Source: Octopus vulgaris (lineage: Eukaryota). Taken from it: a stretch of DNA of 64,000 nt. Positions 54,006-64,000 of this stretch are shown piece after piece. A program made the position numbers and the translations under genes. The notes beneath the pieces were generated by a model. It saw nothing but the letters and a program-made list of their open reading frames with translations. It did no database searches and was not told the origin of the DNA. Each line of letters opens with the position of its first letter. Positions within the stretch are counted from its first letter, which is position 1. The DNA lies in the NCBI GenBank assembly GCA_951406725.2, contig OX597823.1, positions 16,120,001 through 16,184,000 of the forward strand. The letters run 5' to 3'.

Positions 54006-54592
54006 CTACAATGTAAATGAAATATTACACTTATACGAAGCTTCAACCATAAAGTTACAAAACACACACATTTTATATTCTATACATACATACACTCAAC
54101 TCATACAGACAAATACATACAAAGATACATATAAACGTAATCAAATGCAACTATGGTCAACCTCAGTCATATTTGAATTCAGAACTCTTAAGACACCAAA
54201 TGGCCCATCAATCAATAATACAAAGAACTGAATATTCGGCAAGAGAATGCTCATCACAGTTGATAGTATTTTACTTTTAGAATATTTGCCCAAGAGATTA
54301 GCTCATGGGAGGCATGGTTCTAAATTAAAGATCATCTATAATCTAACAATAATAATAATAATCTTCATTTACATGTCAGTTTAACAAAAAATCTATACAT
54401 TATTCATCCTTTCCTTCTATCATTCCAAATATACTTCTTGTATATGTTATCTAAATACTGATTTTTCATATTAGTAATGAGCCAGAGATATTGGCACAAA
54501 GTCAACTGAATTAATCCCTAGGTGTTGTTATTGTGTATTACTAGGTCAACTCTGACCCAACAAAAATGGCTAGTCATTAATATACAGAACGG

Positions 54593-54780
54593 GTGGCACG
54601 TAAAAAGCACCCACTACACTCACGGAGTGGTTGTCGTTAGGAAGGGCATCCAGCTGTAGAAACATTGTCAGATAAGACTGGAGCCTGGTGCAGCCTTCTG
54701 GCTTCCCAGATCCCCAGTCGAACCGTCCAACCCATGCTAGCATGGAGAACAGACGTTAAACGATGATGATGATGATGATG
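54593..54780 (+). mobile_element. RTE 3' UTR fragment with (ATG)n tail
   Basis: Similarity to 44355-44562. Confidence 0.8.
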
Positions 54781-54939
54781 AACCCAGTACAAGGCAAAAA
54801 GTCAAGCTCAACCAGATTTGAAATCAGAACACAGAAACAAAATTAGGTCTTGTCTGGCATTTACTCTTACTCTGTCCTGTTTTTGCCATTCACATTATCA
54901 CAACTCTACATCTCATGTTTCCTAAATATTATTAAGTTG

Positions 54940-55705
54940 AAGTGGCTCTGCTCAAGATGTAGGAAAGGAGTTGGAAGTAATTCCATTCGCTGCACCCAGT
55001 GTAAGCCATGGACACATAAGAGGTGTAGTGGAATCACAGGTAGATTAACAGACAAGCAGGAACAATATCCACTTAGGATACATGGGAATTAGACTCTCTC
55101 AAATGCTCAGGAGGCTCTTTTGATGTTGTAGATCGTTTCTGTTACCTAGGTGACCAAATTAGCAATGGTGGAGGATGTTCTGAAAGTAACATTTCTAAAA
55201 TAAGAATAAGATGGAGAAGTTCTGAGAGCTCTTACTGGGCTTCCTGGAGGAGATGACAATGGACTGCCCACTTCACCAAAACTGAGTTCTAGAAACACTG
55301 TGTGCTCCACCCACATGTAACAATAAAACTTTTCACACTCTACCCCAACAAACCAAACCACATCCCTTCTGTTCCTCACATTTTCTCTTTTCATGCACTA
55401 TGCTTATCCCATCCCCCAATCCTGTCCTCATTGCTATCCTGTAGTCCCCCACCCCCTCTACATACCCAGATTTCACCAGTCATTGCAATCCCCACCCTCA
55501 CACTCTTTGCATCCATATGAAGTCTCTACTCCCTACTCCTGCACCTTTGGCAATACTCTGCCATTTATATTCTGGTACCCATACCTTAAGAGTATTCCCA
55601 GGCATTTCGCTACCATCTATCTCTCTTGCTCTACCCTACCATACCATTTATATACTGATCCCCTTCCCTTGTGAGTATGCCCTGGCACTTCACCACCATC
55701 TTTGA
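54940..55705 (+). mobile_element. RTE-LINE remnant with a PHD-like finger
   Basis: CSRCRKGVGSNSIRCTQCKPWTHKRCSG followed by VVDRFCYLGD. Confidence 0.75.
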
Positions 55706-56706
55706 ATTATTAACATGGTGTTTCAAATATTGAAATTAACAAGAAATTTCAGTGGAAGATTTTAATTTAAATCACTTTTAAATAGAAAATTTGTATCATA
55801 AAACCAAAGCAGTCTTTAGGTAGCTTGATATCAAAAGGTGGTCTAAAACAAAAAACAACACATCCCAGATACATCTCTCAAAAAAAAAAAAAAACCCCAG
55901 CCTCCTGTAGAAGCCTATCTAACATTTTGATACAATGCCTATCTTTTATAACATCACAGAGCAAAGTAAAGATTGATGACCATACCATACACATGTGTAT
56001 ACCATCTCTTAGATCCCATTTGTTGTTCTGTAACCCTTAATGGATTACAGTGTACCAGTAAACATTTTCCCTTTATTTGGTGTATCAGAAGGAATTTAGT
56101 CATGTCCTTTCCAGATTAGTAACAGTGACTAAAGAGTGAAGTGAAACAAAATCGCTCAATCAAGAATAAAACCTGTGCTGCACTCTCAGCTAACCAATAT
56201 TCCACATTATTTGCACTCCCTTTAAATATTTGTTGACAGATCATGTAACATTCTCTTTAACTAATCAACAAGAGGAGGCCAATTGAATTTCTCAGCCAAT
56301 ATTCTGATTAAGAATCCAGAACATATTTTATAGATAAAATATTTCAAAACGACAAAGAACCAGTAATATATCAGAATTGATTCAATCAACTGTACCTCTT
56401 CCAAATTTATATCTTGTGCCAGACCTTCATGGACTTACCAGTCTGATATAGTCGATGCCTGTTAAGACATCTGCAGGGAAAACATAAGCAGAGAAGGAAC
56501 CAGGGTCTGATCTGAATACTGCAACAGATTGAATGTATCTCAAAGCATCCAAAGACCAAACAGTTGTGTTAAACTGTGTTGTTTTAGGCTTAGTGTGTCA
56601 CACAATGTGATGTTAGTGAAGGGTTCATAAGATGAAAAAACTAGTATTTTTCCCAATATCATCAACAGGAAGATAATACATTCCATAATGGAAACCGAAG
56701 GGAAAT

Positions 56707-56933
56707 TTAACCCTTTAGTATTTAAACCAGCCATATCTGGCCAAAATATTTAATCTGTTTTATGTTCAAACTGACCAGATCCAGGCTCTCACACCTACCC
56801 TACAATGTTATTCTACATTAAGTAATTACGCCATCAAGATCTTGAAGATATGAGATAATGCATGATTAATTCAAATCAATGGGAATCAATAAGCATTATG
56901 TTTGATTGAATAATCTGAACACTAAAGGGTTAA
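56707..56933. mobile_element. piggyBac-type MITE
   Basis: TTAA-CCCTTTAGT...ACTAAAGGG-TTAA. Confidence 0.85.
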
Positions 56934-57221
56934 ACGTTAAAACCTGTTAAATCTGGTCAACAATGCGGATTATTTGAAGTAATCATTATGAATTTTTTTT
57001 ATGGTAACAAGAAACCCACCTGTACTAAAACCACAACAAAGGAAGAAAGATTTTCTTTAGTTTCACTACTTTCTCATTTCTGTATAAACATATCAACACA
57101 TCAGATACTACAAGTGTTTTTAAAATGTCACAACACATGAGGAAAAGAAACATTCAAATTTTCTCTAACAAAAAAAAATTATCTACAGAATTACTTCATA
57201 TAATTCAATAATGTTTTTTAC

Positions 57222-57322
57222 CTTAGATGCTCATATTTCCACACACCTTCTTCTTGACCTTCAGGGGGAGTGAGGATGGCATCTATGTTTGTTACATCTT
57301 TACGTATAGATTGTTGGATAAA
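57222..57322 (-). CDS. MOB4: MOB4 exon 3
   Basis: AG/GT; [33 protein letters not shown](R); 101 bp. Confidence 0.97.
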
Positions 57323-57547
57323 CTGTAGAGAGAAACAACAGGAGTTTAGAAGCAAAACATGAAAAATAAACCAGTTTCAAGAAATCAGTAAAGAAATAAC
57401 TACTAAGGAAAGAATGTGAATGACATTAGATATAAGCAGTAGTTTAAAGCAAAAAATAACACACTCACTGATGGTATCTGAACCCAGCATCTATTATCCA
57501 GCAGTAAATTTGTGTCAATTTTTTTCTCTCAAATTGGTGTTTATCAT

Positions 57548-57837
57548 TATTTACATTATTTACATTTGACGGATATTTGTCCTCATCTTTGTTGTTAACA
57601 CGTTTCAGTTGATATACTCACTCTCCAGCCTTCATCAGGTGTCTTGGGGAAATTTCGAACCTGGGTTCTCATTCCTAAGGTATTCTTTGATGTTGTAGTT
57701 ATTATTATTTATTATTATTATCATTATTATTATTCAGGTTACTGCCTGGAATTGAACTCGGAATCTTGGGGTTAGTAGCCCACACTCTTAACCACTACGC
57801 CATATGCCCATGGGCATATGGCATAGTGGTTTTTTTA
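57548..57837 (-). mobile_element. tRNA-headed SINE carrying a hammerhead, with 5' inversion and 13-bp TSD
   Basis: A box TGGCGTAGTGG, B box GTTCAATTC; (AAT)n; hammerhead; TGTAAATAA tail; TSD TGGTGTTTATCAT at 57535 and 57838. Confidence 0.8.
57597..57642 (-). ncRNA. Minimal type I hammerhead with a damaged cleavage site
   Basis: Minus strand ACAC-CTGATGA-AGGCTG...TCAACT-GAAACGTGTT; no NUH between ACGT and the stem I 3' strand. Confidence 0.6.
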
Positions 57838-59674
57838 TGGTGTTTATCATGTCTAAGATCATCAAGATCAATTATTTTCTAAATGATTAAAAGTTTGTTT
57901 TTCTTAATCCTAGTGATAGATTTACTGAACATATTTTGTCAATTTAAATCAAACGAACAAGAGTAAATAGAGCTCCAATGGATGTTATCCATTTTTGCAC
58001 AGCTTCATGTTTATATTTCGTTTTCTTGCAGTTTATGTTTCAGATACAAGTTTTAAACCTTTCATAATTATCTTTTTGATACTAAGATGACTTTGAATTG
58101 GAGTCAATATTTCTGTTTCTAAAATTAACTACTGAACTGCAGCAATGAATAAGCATTAACAAGTTTTACGGTTAACTAGTCTGAGTTTCCCACCAATGGA
58201 GTTTTGCTTCGTGGGTGTTTTTTTTACTTTTCCATGTTATTTTGCATGCTTTCAATGAATATGATATTGAAATTACACATAAACAGCTCCCTTCCCTAGA
58301 AAAGGAAAGATTTGGCTGTTATTTTTTGCATGCCCTGCTACCACCTAACAGGTATTTTGGGTTCTTTATCGCAAACAGCTGTTACATGGTAGCAAGACGT
58401 GCTAGAAATAGCAGCCAAATCTTTACAGGTGAGATACACTGAATGCACTAAAAAAAAAACAATGGAAAAAAATTATTTCACACCAAGCTTATGAATGGGT
58501 CTTTTACAAAATATTTACCCTATTTTTAAAGCTATTTTCACTTTAAAACATTTTTTAAATATGCCAAAAAAATTTTTGTAATGCTATTCACTTGAAAATA
58601 ATTTTAAAAAACATTAAAATATTGTCTGTTTAAAGAAAGCTAAAATATAAATACTCACTGTGCAAACAACTTTTTGAAATCACATTCACTTAAAATTATT
58701 TCTAAATGATTACAATATAGTTTTTAACAAAAAGCGAAAATAGAAACATTTACTGTAAAAATACAAACCATATTTTTTCATTGTCAAATCACTGTGTCTA
58801 ATTTTGGGTATTTATACCCCCAGACCCCAAACATCTCAATAACTACTGCTCCAGTTTATGCGAAACTTGTTTTATTACATTCGTATTAACATTTCAGGGG
58901 CAACTTAATTCATAGTATTTTCCCATTATGCGCCAGTTTGGCTGTGTAACATTGCAAGCAAACGAGATTGAACTTCACTTTTATTAGTATACAGATTATA
59001 ACAAAAAAATTAACTATTTGTCAATGAGTTGTCAGAACAAAAGTAAAAGAGAAGTGATTTCAATTAGTTAATTAAGGATTTAATAATCTTGTATTTTAAC
59101 TCTTAAAATATTAAAAATATTAATCTATTGACTTGCCATTTTTGTGCAAGGAAGAAAAAACTGATATCTACAAGAATACATACATTTTTCTTTGTCTATT
59201 GATAAAGATGTACTGTTTACAGAATTTAAATAATTTTTTGTAGCTAGTAAAAATAGTAGAAGCATCAGTGGATGCTGTCTGTAAATGATTGAATCAGCAC
59301 TATCAGCAAACATCTCCATCACCCTACATTACTTTTATGCACTTTTTCCATGCTGGCATATATTTAAAGGGTTTGCAATACAGCACACACCAGAAGCCTT
59401 GGTTTTCAGTTATCTATTACATGAGAGATACTGTTCTGAGTTCTAGTGATCATTTTGTCAGTTTGTGTATCTAAGATTATATTATCTTAATGTGTCTTTC
59501 TCTTTTTTTTAAGAATGGAAGGGTGTAATTTAAGGCAATGTGGTTGCTAGTTCTAGCAGGCTGTGTGACTGCTTGAAGATGGCTCCACTTGCAGTTTAGT
59601 AAACAAATCACTCAGAAAGTTTCACCAATAGAGGTCTTGCATAAGAGACACTAACACATATATCAGTACATTAC

Positions 59675-59737
59675 CTGTTGAACTGCAAGAGTACTTTCCA
59701 TCTCATCAAAGGATTCATCAGGCCAATGGCACCATTT
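59675..59737 (-). CDS. MOB4: MOB4 exon 2 (first coding exon visible in window)
   Basis: AG/GT; KWCHWPDESFDEMESTLAVQQ matches MOB4 WPDESFDEMDSTLAVQQ; 63 bp. Confidence 0.96.
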
Positions 59738-60130
59738 CTAGGTAAATAAGAAAACAATATATTAATTGCTTAGGAACACACGAGAGTATACTTATTTTAA
59801 TAATCTTTAGACACTTAATGATGATTAATCAAATAGGAACAACCTAAGAGGGGATACTTTTCCACTCTCATTTAACCCTTTATTATGCAACTCAATAGAA
59901 ATCAAGCCAAAAAGAGAGACTTGACATAGTAGCTTAATCTGCAGTAAACAACAACCAAATCTCTTTCATATCATCCACTACCATCTTTAAAAACACGAAA
60001 TACATGTTAAATAATTTAATCCTAGATACATTAAGACTTGTAGTGGTTGTTGTTGTTGGTGGTGGACTACTTTAGGATAAGAAAGTGGCTCTACCTCATG
60101 TTGATCATACAGAGGGAGCAGAAATTCAAA

Positions 60131-60360
60131 GGCGGCGAGCTGGCAGAAATGTTAGCACGCCGGACGAAGTGCTTTCCGGTATTTCGTCTGCCGTTACGTT
60201 CTGAGTTCAAATTCCGCCGAGGTCGACTTTACCTTTCATCCTTTCGGGGTCGATAAATTAAGTACCAGTTACGCACAGGGGTCAATGTAATCGACTTTAT
60301 CCCCTTGTCTGTCCTTGTTTGTCCCCTCTATGTTTAGCCCCTTGTGGGTAATAAAGAAAT
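60131..60360 (+). mobile_element. SINE family A with TSD AGAAATTCAA
   Basis: Full head and tail; flanking direct repeat. Confidence 0.9.
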
Positions 60361-60414
60361 AAGAAATTCAAGTTGATGGAAATCATCATCATCATCATCG
60401 TTTAACGTCGTGGT

Positions 60415-63050
60415 AGATAAAAGAAACTAAGGATACAAAGTGGGAAAAAATTGTTGGGTCTTCAGAGCAGTTGTTCAAAATATCTGGTGAGGTGGGATTC
60501 ATGATAACTATTGAGATAGTTAATCAAGTATCAAGGAAAGTGTCATATCTGACAACTGATATAAATACATCATTGTAAACTGCTGCAAAGGTAAAGGAGA
60601 GCCCTAAGAGAGAAGCTATAGAAGAATTAAACTATTGGAATGTCATGAAGTGAATCACAGAACAATTGATTTGTAGCTGAGTAAACTTAGATGAGATGCA
60701 GTTTAGCTTTATGCTCACTAGAAGTATCATAGACGCAATAGTGAGGCAACTGCAGGAGGATACTTGGCTACTTGGCTAACAGAAAACCACTATTCCTGGC
60801 ATTTGTTGACTTGGAGAAGGCTTTAGCAGGGTACTACATTCAGTAATCTAAGGAAATTAAGTGTTGATAAATAGCTTGTGAGGGTTGTACAAGATACATA
60901 AAAAGATGCAAAAGTAAAGTAAAACTCAATGATTTCAGTGATGAATTTAGAGTGAAGGTAGGTATCCATCAAAGCTCCTTTCCTATTCATCAAAGTCATC
61001 TGACCATCACAGAGTTTAGTACTGGTTGTCTGGGAGCCCCTACATGCTGAATCTATAGTAGAATTAGAAAAGAAATTCCAGGCATGGAAAGTAAACCTGG
61101 AATTGAGAGGCCTCAAGGTAAACTTAAAGGCTAAGATGTCAGTAAGTAGGAAAGACAGGATCCTGGTATTGTCAGGGAAAGGCCTTGCTCGATATGCAAA
61201 ATGGTATAGGTACAAAATCCATATGTTGTATCCAATGTAAACTATGGATGCACAAGAGATGTAGCAGAATCACAGACAAGCTAACAGAGAATGTAAGCTT
61301 TGTAGCAATATGTACTATGAGCAAACTGGAAATACATTTTCATCAATGCCTAAATGGCTCACTAAAAGTAGTTGATAGCTTGTTACCAAAGAGACAATTA
61401 ACAAGGGAGGTAGTAGTTCTGAAAATATAGTAACGAGAGTAAGAATGTATTTGGAAAAGTTCAAGGAACAACGTAAGTCTTTTCCCAAAGAGTGAAGGAC
61501 AGATTGTATAATACTTGTTAGAACTGTGATGCTACATAGTAACAGGATATGGGCTTTGAATGCAGAAAACTTGTGAAGAAAAGAAAGGAATCATGCTCCA
61601 ATGGATGTGTAATGTTAATATGCATGAACACTAGAGTAAAAATGAGATAAGAGAAAAACTGGGTATAAGAGAAATTAAGTATGGCATGCATGAGTGGAGG
61701 CTGTGCTAGTATGAGGATGTGATGTATATAGAAGTTAAGTATTGTATACAAAGTTCCAACTGCTCCAAGTTAGTGGAACTTGTGGAAGAGAGAGACTTTG
61801 GACAGGGTAGTGATGGTTGACCAGAAAATGCTGCATCTCACAAAGGAGATGACAGAAGGCCATACTAACTGGATATATGTAGAGCCACAGGAGACCAGTC
61901 CAACCATGACCAAACATACCTAGACACGAGACTAGTGTCTTAGATGCCATGATATCATATATTTATTCTTTGCCAAGCCCACCTTATGCCCGCACTTTGT
62001 ATCTTCCCACCCTCCTCCTGACTGCCATCCCTTCATCAGACTGCATCTTCATTATCCAGTTCACTTCACTCTGACCCTTCATCCTTCTCTTAGATCCACC
62101 TCACCCTCACCTACCCAATACACTTTAACTTCATCATTATACTGGTCCCGCTGTACTTCCAACCAGTACACTCTCTCTTGAATTACCTCTATTGACATCC
62201 AACATCTATTCTTGCCTTTATCACACTAATTGCCTTCACACCTCTAGGGTGCTCTCCAGCCTTCCAATCTCTCACTGACCTCTTATGACAAACTACCCAC
62301 CCGAGATGCTTTCTCTGCATTCACACTGCTCTCCCATCCACACATTTCTATGGCTCCTTCCAGCCTCTCTTTTTCATTATTCTCACTACACTTACCCAAT
62401 ACTACACTCAGCCTCATTTTTTTCTTCTCTCACTGTCCTCTAACCACAGCATCTCTACCTTCTCATTTCTCCCTCTCTTACCTTTAATGACTCTCTCAAG
62501 ATTCCTTACCTCCCCTCACCTATTTTCCTTTCTTTATCCCCTTTTCCTCACATCTTGTCAATATCCACCTTTATAATGTAGAATAGCCCTGGATCTTCTC
62601 CTCTACACAAACTACCTTATAACCTTTCTACTGTCCCTCTCATTTTCAATAACCCATGACAGTAATCTTTTCCCTTCCCCCTGTATTACACCCTCCCCAA
62701 TAGTATGTATTCTGTTATTCTCTCACAACTATAAATCTATTCCTATCATCTGACTTTATTCCCTATCATCAACCCCCACCTAGAAATGTTGCATCCTATC
62801 TCTTCTAGTCTCTTTCAGTTATGGAGAGGGGGCACTTTAGACCAATACTCTTGCAAGCTGCAAAGCAATCTAATATTAGTGTCACAAAAAAAGCACCCAG
62901 TACACTCTGTAAAACAGATGGCATTAGGAAGGGCATTCAACTGTAGAATCATGCCAAAACAGACAATGGAGCACAAGAGTGTTTCCATTCATCAAATCCT
63001 GTCAAATCATTTAATACAAGCCAGCAAGGAAGATGCATAGATGATGATGA
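60415..63050 (+). mobile_element. Degraded 5'-truncated RTE-LINE (~2.6 kb)
   Basis: MQFSFM, FLAFVDLEKA, CIQCKLWMHKRCS remnants, pyrimidine-rich UTR, (ATG)n tail. Confidence 0.8.
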
Positions 63051-63629
63051 CAGAAGGGATTTATATGCTTTTTAATTTCAATTTCTGCAGGTTCAGCTAC
63101 TGAGGGATTTTCTACATGGTTACTTGATCTGGCAGAAATAGCAGCCAATTCTTTTTCAAATAACATCCTACCATCTTAAATAAGGAAAATACCTATTAGA
63201 TAATTTAATCATACATAGCCCTAAAAATGAAACAACCACAGTTGGAATGTTTTTGATTATAAACCTATTGAATCATAATTGACCTTCAGCTAAACATCTT
63301 CTGCATGCTACAAAGACCAATGTTTACTGGGGTTAGTGGGGAAGGTAACAAGGAGCTTTTTATTAATTCAAAATACACCATTAAATATTTCATTATGAAG
63401 CATAAACTAATGAAGAATCTATGCAGTCAATTGACATGCAGGAAATAACAACCGAATCTTCCTCAAATTACACTTTGCCATTTTAAAAATAGGGCACATT
63501 GGACAACATTATTCTCTCTCTCTCTATATATATATATATAAAGTTAATCCAAACAAGAAAGCACAAAAAAACACAACAATGCGAGGACGTGGAACAAATA
63601 TAGTATTATTGGACGCTCAGGAAAGGAGG

Positions 63630-63664
63630 GTTTAACGTTTCGAGCGGAGCTCTTCGTCGGAAAC
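63630..63664 (-). ncRNA. Minimal type I hammerhead (U4C) in a TA-flanked insert (63541-63739)
   Basis: Minus strand GTTT-CCGACGA-A-GAGC-TCC-GCTC-GAAAC-GTT-AAAC; minimal ACGT stem III. Confidence 0.65.
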
Positions 63665-64000
63665 ATAGGAGAAGGAAAGATCCAGAGATGGGAAGACAGA
63701 GGGAAAAAAAAAATCGCCAACACTACACACACGGTCACATATATATAAACAAGGTGGTTATGGTTGACTTAAAGATAGTCTACACTAGCATGACAGAGAA
63801 ACCTGATTGTAGCAGTAATTAACTTAATTCTTACATACATAAATACCTGCATTCTATTATGTGTCAGACATCAGATACAACAATAGAGGAAATAGAGTGA
63901 GAGTAGGTACACCAGCTTGACTAGATTGGCTGAAAGTATCAATGATTAATGTTCAGGTGGAGCACCAAAGTACATGGGCCTAACTTAAGGATAATCAACA

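Noticed and set aside
63847-63930. Possible MOB4 exon 1 (minus-strand CAG|GTATTT donor)
   Set aside because: Translation lacks the conserved LRRNRPGTK N-terminal motif; exon 1 probably lies outside the window

Overview
AT-rich, repeat-dense eukaryotic DNA, most likely an Octopus genome (inferred from the tRNA-SINE, RTE, Dong/R4 and Helitron families and the very high microsatellite load). The only host gene I can read is MOB4/phocein on the minus strand: seven coding exons at 59737-42595, with coding exon 1 apparently beyond the right edge. The other ORF-track entries are microsatellite artefacts or transposon remnants. The most striking unexplained structure is a set of about ten short, non-coding, mutually dissimilar elements, mostly embedded in (TA)n tracts. 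Each carries an intact or degenerate type I hammerhead ribozyme (CUGANGA...GAAAC-palindrome-GUH) with its own palindromic stem III. Several show a partial tandem repeat (430-586 nt period) and/or an inverted 5' duplication, the architecture of Penelope-like (PLE)/retrozyme insertions. One hammerhead lies in a tRNA-headed SINE with a 5' inversion and a 13-bp TSD. Different retroelement types occupy different microsatellites (TA, AAT, GATA). All calls were made by eye, with no database searches or folding runs.
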